A DNA stretch of 64,000 bases from an uncultured Acidobacteriota bacterium (GCA_963805975.1 CAWDVR010000005.1:544001-608000), one strand, 5' to 3'; positions 30,452 to 40,214 are shown, numbered from the stretch's first letter. Notes: a model not told the origin generated them from the sequence alone. A program made the numbers and translations.

Positions 30452-31234
30452 GTGACGATGAGTCTCGAAGGCAAGACGGCGGTGGTCACGGGCGGAGGCC
30501 GCGGCATCGGCGCGGCGGTAGTGCGCGAGCTGGCCGCGGCTGGTGCGGCAGTGGTAGCCGCCGCCCGCACGCTGAGCGAGGTCGAGAGCCTGGCCGCGGA
30601 GCTCTCCGCCGCCGGGCATCGCGCCTGGGGCCTCGCCTGCGACGTGACGAGCGAGGCGAGCGTCGCCCTCCTGGCGCGCCGCGCGGGGGAGCACCTGGGA
30701 CAGGTGGATATCCTGGTGAACAACGCCGGCATCGCCACCTCGGCGCCGCTCAAGTCCGTGACGCCCGAGGAGTGGGAACGGGTGTTCGCCGTCAACGTCA
30801 CCGGCACCTTTCTCGCGACGCGGGCCTTCCTGCCCGGCATGCTCGAGCGCGGTTGGGGCCGGGTGGTCAACGTGGCCTCGATCGCCGGGCTCACCGGCGC
30901 CGCCTACATCTCGACCTACGCCGCCTCGAAGCACGCGGTGATCGGCTTCACGCGCTCGCTGGCCGCCGAGGTGGCGGCCAAGGGCGTGACCGTCAACGCC
31001 GTCTGCCCCGGCTACGTGGACACGCCGATGACCGAGCAGTCGATCGCCCGTATCGTGGCCAAGGCCGGCCTCACCGAGGAGGCGGCGCTCGAGGGCCTGA
31101 AGCGCATGAGCCCGCAGCACCGGCTGTTCGAGCCCGAGGAGGTTTCCTACCTGGTCGCCACCCTCTGCGACCCGCGCGCCCGCGGGGTCAACGGCCAGGC
31201 GATCGTCCTCGACGGCGGGGCGCTCCTCAAGTGA
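30452..31234 (+). CDS. SDR family oxidoreductase
   Basis: TGGGRGIG, NNAG, YAASK, VCPG motifs. Confidence 0.93.
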   Translation: MTMSLEGKTAVVTGGGRGIGAAVVRELAAAGAAVVAAARTLSEVESLAAELSAAGHRAWGLACDVTSEASVALLARRAGEHLGQVDILVNNAGIATSAPLKSVTPEEWERVFAVNVTGTFLATRAFLPGMLERGWGRVVNVASIAGLTGAAYISTYAASKHAVIGFTRSLAAEVAAKGVTVNAVCPGYVDTPMTEQSIARIVAKAGLTEEAALEGLKRMSPQHRLFEPEEVSYLVATLCDPRARGVNGQAIVLDGGALLK

Positions 31235-31641
31235 GCCGGCTGGTTCCCATCAACCCCGTGGACCTCGGCGCGCCGCGCGGCTACTCGAACGGCGTGCTGG
31301 CGCCGGCCGACGGGCGGCTCCTGTTCGTCGCCGGGCAGATCGCCTGGGACGAGGAGCAGCGCCTGATCGGCACCACCTTCCCGGAGCAGTTCCGCCGCGC
31401 GCTCGCCAACGTGCTCACCGTGGTGCGCGAGGCCGGGGGCGCGCCGCAGGACGTGGCGCGCCTCACCGTCTACGTGACCGACCGCGAGGAGTACCTCGCG
31501 GCGCGACGGGAAGTGGGCGAGGTCTACCGCGCGCTCATGGGCAAGCATTTTCCTGCCATGGCCCTGGTCGAGGTCGCGGCGCTCCTCGAGCCGCGAGCCA
31601 AGGTGGAGATCGAGGCCACGGCAGTGGTGCCGCCGCCGTAG
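31231..31641 (+). CDS. RidA/YjgF family enamine/imine deaminase
   Basis: PRGYSNG, LFVAGQI, FPAMALVEV...VEIEATA motifs; GTG overlaps the SDR stop. Confidence 0.9.
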   Translation: MSRLVPINPVDLGAPRGYSNGVLAPADGRLLFVAGQIAWDEEQRLIGTTFPEQFRRALANVLTVVREAGGAPQDVARLTVYVTDREEYLAARREVGEVYRALMGKHFPAMALVEVAALLEPRAKVEIEATAVVPPP

Positions 31642-31718
31642 CGGCCTGTGCCAGCCGACGCAAACGAACGTAGCGGCCGGACCTGTGCCGGCCGTCTGAA
31701 ATCCAGGAGAACCCGGCC

Positions 31719-32519
31719 GTGCCGATTGCGCCGCAGAGCTTCCTCTACCAACACGACGCCTCCTCCGGCGTCGCGACCCTCACCCTCGACCGGCCGGAGC
31801 GCCTCAACGCCCTGACCTTCGAGGTCTACCGCGAGCTGCGGGAGACCTTCGTCGCCCTCGACCGTGAGCCGGGTGTGCGCGCCATCGTCCTCACCGGCTC
31901 CGGCCGCGCGTTCTGCTCGGGCGGCGACGTCGAGGACATCATCGGCGCCCTCTTCGAGCGCGACTACCAGGGCCTCCTCGACTTCACGCGCGACACCGGC
32001 GCCCTGATCCTCGCCATGCTGCGCTGCCGGCGGCCGATCGTCGGCGCGCTGAACGGCACCGTGGCCGGCGCCGGCGCGGTGATCGCCGCGGCCTGCGACG
32101 TGCGGATCGCTGCCGAGAACGCCAAGATCGCCTTCCTCTTCACCAAGGTCGGCCTCTCCGGCGCGGACATGGGCGCCTCCTGGCTCCTGCCGCGCATCGT
32201 GGGCCTCGGGAGGGCGAGCGAGCTGCTCATGACCGGCGACTTCATCGCCGCCGCCGAGGCCCATCGCATCGGGCTCTACAACCGCGTGGTGCCGGAGGGC
32301 GAGGCCCTGGCCACCGCCCGGCAATGGGCCGAGAAGCTGGCGCGCGGCCCCTCGTTCGGCCTCGAGGTGACGAAGAAGATGCTGCTCCGCGAGGCGTCGA
32401 TGGACGTCGAGAGCGCCCTCGCGGCAGAGGTCGAGATCCAGGCCGCCTGCATGGAAGACCCCAACTTCCGCGAGGCTCACGCGGCATTCGTGGCGCGGCG
32501 CCCGCCGGTGTTCCGGTGA
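31719..32519 (+). CDS. Enoyl-CoA hydratase/crotonase family protein
   Basis: RPERLNAL, AFCSGGD, NGTVAGAG, VGLSGADMG motifs. Confidence 0.93.
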   Translation: MPIAPQSFLYQHDASSGVATLTLDRPERLNALTFEVYRELRETFVALDREPGVRAIVLTGSGRAFCSGGDVEDIIGALFERDYQGLLDFTRDTGALILAMLRCRRPIVGALNGTVAGAGAVIAAACDVRIAAENAKIAFLFTKVGLSGADMGASWLLPRIVGLGRASELLMTGDFIAAAEAHRIGLYNRVVPEGEALATARQWAEKLARGPSFGLEVTKKMLLREASMDVESALAAEVEIQAACMEDPNFREAHAAFVARRPPVFR

Positions 32520-33706
32520 GCGCGACCGCTCCTCGCCGCCCCTGGCTCGACACCGCCACCGTGGCGCCCTTCCTCGAAGACCGTCACCGGAAGCTGGCGG
32601 CGGAGGTCGAGGCCTTCGCCCGCCGGGCCCTGGCACCGCTGCCCGAGCCCGCGGACGACGCGGCGGCGCGTACGCAAGCCCGCGAGATCGTCGAGCTCCT
32701 GGGCGACGGCAGCTGGCTCGGCTGGGCGGTGCCGGAGGCCCACGGCGGCCGGCCGGGAGCGCCGGACCTCCGGGCCTGCTGCCTGATCCGCGAGGCCCTG
32801 GCCGCGGCCTCGCCGCTCGCCGACTCGGTGTTCGCCCTCCAGGCGTTGGGCTCCATGCCGATCACGCTTGCTGATTCGCCCTTGGCGGGGAAGTGGCTCC
32901 CGGCCGTGGCCCGGGGCGAGGCCATGGCCGCCTTCGCCATGACCGAGCGCGAGGCGGGCTCGGACGTCGCGGCCCTCTCCACCGCGGCGCGCCGCGACGG
33001 CGACACCTGGGTGCTGGACGGCGGCAAGGCCTTCATCTCGAATGCCGGCCTCGCTGAGTTCTACTGCGTGTTCGCGCAGACCGACCGCGAAGCCGGCACC
33101 CGCGGCATCGCATGCCTCCTGGTCGAGGCCGGTACGCCTGGCCTGCGCTTCGTGGGGCCGCAGGTGCTCTCCTCCCCTCACCCGCTGGGGGAGATCGCTT
33201 TCGAGGGCTGCCGCGTGCCGGCAGCCAACCTGCTCGCGCCCGCGGGCGAGGGCTTCAAGCTCGGCATGCGCACCCTCGACCGGCTGCGGTCCACCGTGGC
33301 CGCGGCGGCCTGCGGCATGGCGGCGCGGGCGCTCGACGAGGCCCTGGCCCACTCGCAGGAGCGTCGCCAGTTCGGCCAGCCGCTGGCCGAGCTCCAGCTC
33401 ATCCAGCAGAAGCTGGCGCGGATGGCGACCGAGCTCGCGGCCTCGCGCCTCCTCACCTACCGCGCGGCCTTCGAAGGCGATCAGGGCGCCGGCCGCATCA
33501 CCCTCGGCGCCGCCATGGCCAAGCTCTACGCCACCGAGGCGGCCCAGCGCGCCGTGGACGACGCGGTGCAGGTGCTGGGCGGCCGTGGCGCCCTGGCCGA
33601 GCACCCGGTGGATCGGCTGTACCGCTCCGTGCGCGCGCTCCGCATCTACGAGGGCACCAGCGAGATCCAGCACCTGGTGATCGCGCGGGAGTTGCTCAGG
33701 GGCTAG
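32516..33706 (+). CDS. Acyl-CoA dehydrogenase
   Basis: FAMTEREAGSD, GKAFISNA, RRQFG, RIYEGTSEIQ motifs; GTG at 32516. Confidence 0.93.
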   Translation: MSATAPRRPWLDTATVAPFLEDRHRKLAAEVEAFARRALAPLPEPADDAAARTQAREIVELLGDGSWLGWAVPEAHGGRPGAPDLRACCLIREALAAASPLADSVFALQALGSMPITLADSPLAGKWLPAVARGEAMAAFAMTEREAGSDVAALSTAARRDGDTWVLDGGKAFISNAGLAEFYCVFAQTDREAGTRGIACLLVEAGTPGLRFVGPQVLSSPHPLGEIAFEGCRVPAANLLAPAGEGFKLGMRTLDRLRSTVAAAACGMAARALDEALAHSQERRQFGQPLAELQLIQQKLARMATELAASRLLTYRAAFEGDQGAGRITLGAAMAKLYATEAAQRAVDDAVQVLGGRGALAEHPVDRLYRSVRALRIYEGTSEIQHLVIARELLRG

Positions 33707-33896
33707 GCTTTGCTGAAGAAGCTGTAGTTACCTCAGTAAACCACCGCTCTGTCTTGCTGCTCGGCGGCGTCAAAGCACTGAGCTCGGCGACGGGTTCTCC
33801 GCGAACAGTGATGCGCAGAGTTTCTCCTTGTCGCACCAGGCTCATGTAACTTCCGTAGCGCTTCCGGAACTCGCTCACTGCCACGGTGTTGGGCAT
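33696..33896 (-). CDS. Orphan Phd/YefM-family antitoxin (possibly truncated)
   Basis: MPNTVAVSEFRKRYGSYMSLVRQGETLRITVRGEPVAEL matches the Phd N-terminal pattern; no toxin follows. Confidence 0.65.
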   Translation of the reverse strand: MPNTVAVSEFRKRYGSYMSLVRQGETLRITVRGEPVAELSALTPPSSKTERWFTEVTTASSAKPSP

Positions 33897-33981
33897 AGCA
33901 GGATTGTGGCCAGTGCCAGCATAGGCGTCAAGAGGCCGATGCCGCGTCGCGCTCTGCCCCCCGGCTATACTGCCTTTTCCG

Positions 33982-35445
33982 ATGTGGAAGCCTCCCCAGC
34001 GCATCAAGCACGAGCCGCCGCCGGGCGGGTGGCCGAGCCCGGAGGAGGCCGCGCAGTCGCGCTGGTTCTCGCCCTTGCGCGTGGGCGCGGTGGAGCTCGA
34101 GCAGCGCACCTGGGTGCCGGCCATGGTGCCCTGGCGGTCGACGGAGGAGGGCTTCGTCACCGACGACGTGCTCGAGTGGTACGAGCGCTTCGCCCGCGGC
34201 CGGCCGGGAGCGCTGGTGGTCGAGGCGACCGGCATCCGCGACATTCCGAGCGGGCCGCTGCTGCGCATCGGCCACGACCGCTTTCTTCCCGGCCTCACGA
34301 AGCTGGTCGAGACCGTGCGGCGGGCGAGCGGCGGCCACACGCGGCTCTTCATCCAGATCATCGATTTTCTCGCCATTCGCCGGCGGCCGGAGCCCGAGAA
34401 GTACTTCGCCCGTTTTCTCGAGATCACCGACCGCCATCGCGACCGGTTCGCCGGGCAGACCGACGCCGAGATCCGCGCCGCCCTGGCGGGCCTGCCGCGT
34501 GAGGAGCTGGAAGCGGTGCTCTCGCAGCGGGAGCTGGAGGCGCTCGATCAGGGCCACCGCGAGCGGGTGACGGACACCCATCTGCCGCACATCGCCGATC
34601 TGCCGCGGGTGCTGCCGGACCTCTTCGCCGGGGCTGCCTCGCGAGCCCAGCAGGCCGGGTTCGACGGCGTCGAGCTGCACTATGCCCACGCCTACACCAT
34701 GGCCTCCTTCCTCTCGGCGCGAAACACCCGCGAGGACGGCTACGGCGGCCCGCGCGAGCAGCGCGTGCGGCTGCCGCTCGAGGCCTTCGCCCGCGTGCGG
34801 GAAGCGGTGGGCGCCGGCTACACGGTGGGCTGCCGCTTCCTCTCCGAGGACTGCATCGCGGGCGGCAGCACGGTCGAGGACGCGGCCTTCTTCGCGGTGG
34901 AGCTCGCCCGCGCCGGGATGGATTTCCTGGCCCTCTCGCGAGGGGGCAAGTTCGAGGACGCCAAGCAGCCGCAGGTGGGTTGGGCGGCCTACCCGTACAC
35001 CGGCCCTTCCGGCTACGAGTGCATGCCCACGGCGATGTCCGACGAGCGCGGGCCCTTCGGCCGCAACGTGGAGCCGGCGGCGGCCATCCGCCGTGCGGTG
35101 CGTGCGGCCGGCCACGAGACCCCGGTGGTGGTGGTGGGCGGCATCTGCAGCTTCGAGCAGGCCGAGGGCATCCTCGAGCGCGGCGAGGCAGACATCGTGG
35201 GCGCCGCCCGCCAGAGCCTCGCCGACCCCGACTGGTTCCTGAAGACGCGGCTGGGACTGGGCACCGAGGTACGGCGCTGCGTGTACTCGAACTACTGCGA
35301 GGGCCTCGACCAGAAGCACAAGCAGGTCACCTGTCAGCTCTGGGAGCGCCTCGACCGCGACCAACCGGGTGTCAAGCTCACCGCCGACGGCCGCCGGCGG
35401 CTGGTGGCGCCGCCCTGGGCGCCGCCGGAGGGGCTGGAAGGCTGA
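33982..35445 (+). CDS. NADH:flavin oxidoreductase (Old Yellow Enzyme family)
   Basis: VVEATG, AGFDGVELHYAHAY, NTREDGYGG, ARQSLADPDW motifs. Confidence 0.9.
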   Translation: MWKPPQRIKHEPPPGGWPSPEEAAQSRWFSPLRVGAVELEQRTWVPAMVPWRSTEEGFVTDDVLEWYERFARGRPGALVVEATGIRDIPSGPLLRIGHDRFLPGLTKLVETVRRASGGHTRLFIQIIDFLAIRRRPEPEKYFARFLEITDRHRDRFAGQTDAEIRAALAGLPREELEAVLSQRELEALDQGHRERVTDTHLPHIADLPRVLPDLFAGAASRAQQAGFDGVELHYAHAYTMASFLSARNTREDGYGGPREQRVRLPLEAFARVREAVGAGYTVGCRFLSEDCIAGGSTVEDAAFFAVELARAGMDFLALSRGGKFEDAKQPQVGWAAYPYTGPSGYECMPTAMSDERGPFGRNVEPAAAIRRAVRAAGHETPVVVVGGICSFEQAEGILERGEADIVGAARQSLADPDWFLKTRLGLGTEVRRCVYSNYCEGLDQKHKQVTCQLWERLDRDQPGVKLTADGRRRLVAPPWAPPEGLEG

Positions 35446-35499
35446 GTCTGATCGGGTTCTAAGTTTGCGCAGAGTGCGTAGTCTGTGTAAAGTCTGCTC

Positions 35500-35910
35500 A
35501 TGGCGACTGCGACTCTCCCGTCCCGAACCATCAGCCGCACCGATCTGGCCAGGAGCACTCGGGAGATCCTCGAGAGCGTCAGCCGAGGCCAGCCCGCGGT
35601 CGTCGAAAGCTATGGCCGCGAACAGGCCGTGATACTCGATCTCTTCGACTATCGGTTGCTGTGTGCCTTGGCGGGCCGCCGGCTGGAGCGCCCCAACGAA
35701 GAGGCGCCCTCCTCGGTGCCGTGGGTGATGGATCGATATCTCCAGGGCGAGATCAACCTCGGCAAAGCCGCCGAGCTGCTCGGCAGATCGCGCTTCGACA
35801 TCGCGGAACGGTTCGAGCGGTTGGGAGTGCCGCTACGGATCGGCTCGGCGACCTCGGAGGAGGCCGAGCACGAGATCCAAACCGCGCTTGCCCACTGCTC
35901 CAAGCCATGA
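35500..35910 (+). CDS. Antitoxin: Phd-like N-terminus plus UPF0175-like HTH
   Basis: ISRTDLARSTREILESV...PAVVE (Phd-like); YLQGEINLGKAAELLGRSR (UPF0175-like). Confidence 0.7.
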   Translation: MATATLPSRTISRTDLARSTREILESVSRGQPAVVESYGREQAVILDLFDYRLLCALAGRRLERPNEEAPSSVPWVMDRYLQGEINLGKAAELLGRSRFDIAERFERLGVPLRIGSATSEEAEHEIQTALAHCSKP

Positions 35911-36383
35911 GCCTGGCGGTGGTCGACACCACCGTCCTCAGCAACTTTGCACGCCTTCGATGCGCCGAGCTGGTGCAGCGTGCTTTCCCGCAGCTTGAGG
36001 CAACCGAAGGAGTACGCGCCGAGATTCTGGAAGGCCAGCGTCTGGGCTACCTGGCGGAGTCGGATTGGAGTTGGCTGCCGATTCGCGCGCTGACCGCATC
36101 GCAGCGGCTCGACGCCGAGTTGCTCGGGCAGCGCTTTGGCCGAGGAGAGGCCGAGTGCTTGGTGATTGCAGTGGAAGCTCGGGCGCTTCTTCTGACAGAC
36201 GACCGTGCCGCCAGGCAGGAGGCCGCGCGGTTGGGCCTCTCCGTTTCGGGGACGCTCGGCGTTCTGGCACGCCTGCACAAGAGCTGCGGAATATCCCTCG
36301 ACGAAGCGGAGAGTCTGTTGAGCCAGATGATCGCCGCTGGATACCGGAGCCCGGTGGGCTCATTGGGCGTGCTGCTTCTCTAG
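35907..36383 (+). CDS. PIN-domain toxin, DUF3368-like
   Basis: VVDTTVLSNF, GRGEAECL, LTDDRAAR, GTLGVL motifs; ATG overlaps the antitoxin stop. Confidence 0.85.
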   Translation: MSLAVVDTTVLSNFARLRCAELVQRAFPQLEATEGVRAEILEGQRLGYLAESDWSWLPIRALTASQRLDAELLGQRFGRGEAECLVIAVEARALLLTDDRAARQEAARLGLSVSGTLGVLARLHKSCGISLDEAESLLSQMIAAGYRSPVGSLGVLLL

Positions 36384-36509
36384 GGAACTTCTGCCCACCC
36401 ACCGAAGGGCCCACTGAGCCGTGCCCTTCAGGCAGTCGAGGACCGCGGGACACAAAGCCCGGCTCGTTTTTCGATCTCATGCACCAACTCTCGGTACTAT
36501 TCGCCCACC

Positions 36510-37688
36510 ATGCGCATCGTCATCCTCGGTGGTGGTCCCGCGGGCCTCTACTTCGCCCTGCTCATGAAGCGCCAGAGCCCGGCGCACGAGATCACGGTTT
36601 TCGAGCGCAACCCGCGTGGCGCGACGTTCGGCTGGGGAGTGGTCTTCTCCGAGCAGACGCTCGCCTACCTCTCGCAGCCCGATCCGGTGACCTTCGAGGC
36701 GATCGACGCCCGGCTCGCCCGCTGGGAGAACGTGGACGTGATCCACCGCGGCGAGCGGGTCACCATCCGCGGCAACCGCTTCTCCGGCATCGCGCGCCTC
36801 GACCTGCTGGGCCTCCTGCAGCAGCGCTGCCTGGGCCTGGGCGTCGAGCTGCGTTTCGAGCATGCCGTCGACCGGCTGGAGGATCTGCCGGCCGCCGACG
36901 TCCTGGTGGGGGCCGACGGCGTGCGCAGCCTGGTGCGCGAGAGCTTCCGCGAGGCCTTCGAGCCGAGCCTCGACGTGCGCCCCAACCGCTACGCCTGGTA
37001 CGGCACGCCGCGGCTCTTCCACGCGCTCACCCTGAGCTTCCGGCAGAGCAGGGAGGGCCTGTTCATCGCCCACGCCTACGAGTTCAGTCCCGAGATGAGC
37101 ACCTTCGTGGTGGAGTGCGACGAGGCGAGCTTCCTCGCCGCGGGCCTGGATCGGACGTCCGAGGAGGAGGCCCGGCGATACCTCGAGCGGGTCTTCGCGG
37201 ACGACCTCGAAGGCCGGCCTCTCTTGTCCAACCAATCCCGCTGGGCGCAGTTCGCGACGGTCCGCAACCGCCGCTGGAGCCACGGCAACGCCGTGCTCCT
37301 GGGGGACGCGGCCCACACCGCCCACTTCTCGATCGGTTCGGGGACCAAGCTGGCGCTCGAGGACTCGATCGCCCTCGCCGCCGCCTTCGCCGAGCACGGC
37401 GCGGACGTGCCGGCGGCGCTCGCCGCCTACGAGTCGGCGCGCCGGCCGGCGGTCGAGCGCTACCAGCGGGCGGCGCAGGCGAGCCTGGAGTGGTTCGAGT
37501 CGGCGCGCCAGGACCTGCACCTCGATCCGCTGGCCTTCGCCTTCAAGGCCATGACCCGGAGCGAGCGCGTGGACCTCGAGAGCCTGCGCCGGCGGGACCC
37601 GGAGTTCGCGGCGCGGGTGGAGGCGGCGCAGGCAAAGAGCGATGCTGCTGCAGCGCTCAGCCCGCCCTTCCCTCGATTGACTGCTTGA
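36510..37688 (+). CDS. FAD-dependent monooxygenase, anthraniloyl-CoA/salicylyl-CoA monooxygenase N-terminal-like
   Basis: GGGPAGLY, TFGWGVVFS, GADG, GDAAHTAHFSIGSGTKLALED, SLEWFE motifs. Confidence 0.9.
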   Translation: MRIVILGGGPAGLYFALLMKRQSPAHEITVFERNPRGATFGWGVVFSEQTLAYLSQPDPVTFEAIDARLARWENVDVIHRGERVTIRGNRFSGIARLDLLGLLQQRCLGLGVELRFEHAVDRLEDLPAADVLVGADGVRSLVRESFREAFEPSLDVRPNRYAWYGTPRLFHALTLSFRQSREGLFIAHAYEFSPEMSTFVVECDEASFLAAGLDRTSEEEARRYLERVFADDLEGRPLLSNQSRWAQFATVRNRRWSHGNAVLLGDAAHTAHFSIGSGTKLALEDSIALAAAFAEHGADVPAALAAYESARRPAVERYQRAAQASLEWFESARQDLHLDPLAFAFKAMTRSERVDLESLRRRDPEFAARVEAAQAKSDAAAALSPPFPRLTA

Positions 37689-38115
37689 GGTCCGCCAGGT
37701 CCTGGGCGCAGAGCTTGGCGATGGACTTCATCATCGGCTTCATGAGGACCGACATCACCTTGGCGAAGAAGGTCAGCGGCTCGCCACGGAAGTTCATCAC
37801 CACCTCGGTGCCCGCGCCTGCGGGCTCGAAGCACAGCTCGCTCCTGTAGCGGGAGCCGTGGCTCTCGGCCACCAGCACATAGCGCCGCGGCGGCTCGAGC
37901 TCGGCGACCGTCATCTCCTCGCTGGCCTCCTTACCGAACATCTTGCGGGTCTCGCGGAAGCGCGTTCCGACTCCGACTGGCCCAGAGGTCAGCATCTCGA
38001 CTCGGACGATGCCCTTGATCGCCTTCGGGACGTTGGCGAAGTCCGAGGCCACCGCGAACACCTGTTCGGGCGGCGCCGCGATCTGTTCTCGAATCGTCAC
38101 TTCGTAGATACCCAT
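37657..38115 (-). CDS. SRPBCC family protein
   Basis: IAAPPEQVF, GVGTRFRETR, C-terminal DLADLK helix. Confidence 0.85.
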   Translation of the reverse strand: MGIYEVTIREQIAAPPEQVFAVASDFANVPKAIKGIVRVEMLTSGPVGVGTRFRETRKMFGKEASEEMTVAELEPPRRYVLVAESHGSRYRSELCFEPAGAGTEVVMNFRGEPLTFFAKVMSVLMKPMMKSIAKLCAQDLADLKQSIEGRAG

Positions 38116-38119
38116 CGAC

Positions 38120-38719
38120 TCAAGCCCCCTTGTGCCGGCGGTAGCGGACCTCGAAGACCTGCGTGTTGTTCTCGCCGATCGGCAGGTCGTGGATCTCGAG
38201 CTTCATCTCGTCGTCCGAGACGAAGCGAAACACGGACTTGACCATCTTGTCGTGCTCACCGGTCAGGTACTCGTCGAGCGTGCCGTACATCAGAAGCGCC
38301 TTGCCCGAGGGATCGAGATCGCCCTCGGAGTAGATCATCGAGGTGTCGAAGCTGTTGATCGCCGCCGACACGTAGCTCATCTTGAAGTTGTTGTAGCCGA
38401 GGATGAACCCGGTCTTCATCGGCATCCCCATCATCTGGCCCGAGGCCTCGCACTGCAGCCAGCGGTTCTCCATCAGCCAGCGGCAGGTCGAGGTGCCCTT
38501 CTCGGGAGGGGGGGCACCCGGCATGTTCAACACGGTCTCCGTGTCCCAGGTGCCGAGGAAGCGGTTGAGCAGCTTGTGGGCGTCGCCGGGCTGGGTCCAC
38601 TTCTTGGCCTGCGCCATCATGGCGGCCATGTCGACCTGTTTTTCCTGGGCGACGGACGCGGGGGCCGTCGATACGGCCAAGGCGAGCAACGAAACGGCGG
38701 GTAGCCAAAGAGACCTCAT
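38120..38719 (-). CDS. Exported DUF1579-like protein
   Basis: Signal peptide; PGDAHKLL...LGTW, GYNN, FEVRYRR pattern. Confidence 0.75.
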   Translation of the reverse strand: MRSLWLPAVSLLALAVSTAPASVAQEKQVDMAAMMAQAKKWTQPGDAHKLLNRFLGTWDTETVLNMPGAPPPEKGTSTCRWLMENRWLQCEASGQMMGMPMKTGFILGYNNFKMSYVSAAINSFDTSMIYSEGDLDPSGKALLMYGTLDEYLTGEHDKMVKSVFRFVSDDEMKLEIHDLPIGENNTQVFEVRYRRHKGA

Positions 38720-39795
38720 GGTTCCTCCGGGGAAGCGGGGGTTTGACGGCGCTGCTCCTCGGCCAGGCGGCCGAGGACGAGAAAACGAAGCTGAAAGCAG
38801 CCGGGGGGACGGGTGATGAGCTCCGCCACCGCGGCGGCACGGTGCTCGGCGGCCGGCGCCAGCGGCAGCGCGCAGGCGAGGGCCAGGGAGGCCACGGCCA
38901 GCGTGAGGCCCCGCCGCAGCCAGGGCCGGTCCCGCTCGATGCTCTCGAGCGCCCGCAAGCGGGCCAGCAGGCTGGAGCCGCCGGTCAAGGGAAGCGCGGC
39001 GAGCACCTCGCGGTGGCGCCGGGCGGCGAAGCTCAGCAGGGTGCGGCGGTACTGGGTGGTCGCGGCTCCCAGCCGCCGCGCCACGCTGCGGTCGCAGCAG
39101 ATCTCCCGCAGGTTGGCGAGCCGCCCGGCGGCGGCGTGGACGAACGGATGGAACCAGTACAGGGCCCGAACCAGGCCCACCAGGCCGGCTAGAACCAAGT
39201 CCCCCCGGCGCACGTGCGCCAGCTCGTGGAGAAGAGCGTGCTCCGCCTCCTCGGCGCGGATCTCCGCGGGCAGGAGGATCTTGGGCGCGATCGCTCCGAA
39301 GACGAAGGGCGTCTCGATCTCGGCCAGGAGCCGCACCGGCGGCACCCGCTTCAATCCCAGCCGGCCGGCCGCGGCCTGGCAGGCTTCCAGGATCTCGGCC
39401 GGTGCCGGCTCGGCCCGGCGCCACTGTCGCCGGAGCCGCCGCACGGCGACGGCGATCAAGACCAAACCGAGGAGAACGCCCGCCAGCCACACCCAGCCGG
39501 CCGCGATCGCCCACCACCGCAGCGTTTCGGAGTCAGCCACGGCCGGGCTCGCGCCCATCGTGCCGGTCCAGGCGGCGAGCGGATGGGTCCACGGGATCGG
39601 CGAGGCGAGGCGGGGAGGGAGCATCAGCTTCAGGAGGAGGACCGTGCCCGCGGCCAGGCGCAGCTCGGGCCAGACGTTCGCCGGCAGCAACCGATCGGCG
39701 ATCGCCGCGGCAGCCAGGAGGATCAGGCCCTGGAGGGCCAGCGGCACGATCCAGCTCCAGAAGAAAGCCGGGACGGCAGCCGTCGCGAGGTCCAT
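38716..39795 (-). CDS. M56 family metallopeptidase (BlaR1-like signal transducer)
   Basis: Transmembrane N-terminus, TPFVFG...P, HELAHVRRGD, YWFHP, REICCD motifs. Confidence 0.9.
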   Translation of the reverse strand: MDLATAAVPAFFWSWIVPLALQGLILLAAAAIADRLLPANVWPELRLAAGTVLLLKLMLPPRLASPIPWTHPLAAWTGTMGASPAVADSETLRWWAIAAGWVWLAGVLLGLVLIAVAVRRLRRQWRRAEPAPAEILEACQAAAGRLGLKRVPPVRLLAEIETPFVFGAIAPKILLPAEIRAEEAEHALLHELAHVRRGDLVLAGLVGLVRALYWFHPFVHAAAGRLANLREICCDRSVARRLGAATTQYRRTLLSFAARRHREVLAALPLTGGSSLLARLRALESIERDRPWLRRGLTLAVASLALACALPLAPAAEHRAAAVAELITRPPGCFQLRFLVLGRLAEEQRRQTPASPEEP

Positions 39796-40190
39796 CAGCC
39801 CTGCTCCTTGCGCTCGGGCGCCGGCTTCGGAGCCTGCTCCGCGGCGAGCAGGGCGCGAAGCTCCTCGACCTCGGGCTGGGAGAGCTTCTCCTCGGCGACC
39901 AGGTGATGGAGGAGCGAGCCCAGCGTGCCGTCGAAGGCGCGGTCGAGAAGCGAGCGCAGGGCCGAGCGCTGGGCGTCGCGCTCGTTCACCGTCGCGGTGT
40001 AGCGGTAGAGGTTGGCGTCCTTCTCGAGCCGCAGAGCGCCTTTCTCGACGAGGCGCCCGAGCATGGTCTTGACGGTGGAGTAGGACCACCCGGTCTCACC
40101 CGCGAGGTCGGCGGCAGCCTCCCGCACGGCCAACCCCGGCCGCCGCCAGACCACCCGCATGACCTTCCACTCTGCCTCGGAGAAGCGCAC
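39795..40190 (-). CDS. BlaI/MecI/CopY family repressor
   Basis: SEAEWKVMRVVW, WSYSTVKTMLGRLVEKG, FDG motifs; GTG at 40190. Confidence 0.92.
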   Translation of the reverse strand: MRFSEAEWKVMRVVWRRPGLAVREAAADLAGETGWSYSTVKTMLGRLVEKGALRLEKDANLYRYTATVNERDAQRSALRSLLDRAFDGTLGSLLHHLVAEEKLSQPEVEELRALLAAEQAPKPAPERKEQG

Positions 40191-40214
40191 TCCACCTCCG
40201 TCTCGGGCTTGACT

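Noticed and set aside
31674-31695. Hairpin CGGCCGG-acctgtg-CCGGCCG resembling the terminator at 21149
   Set aside because: Short and GC-rich with only two copies; chance similarity or an ordinary mRNA-stabilising hairpin.
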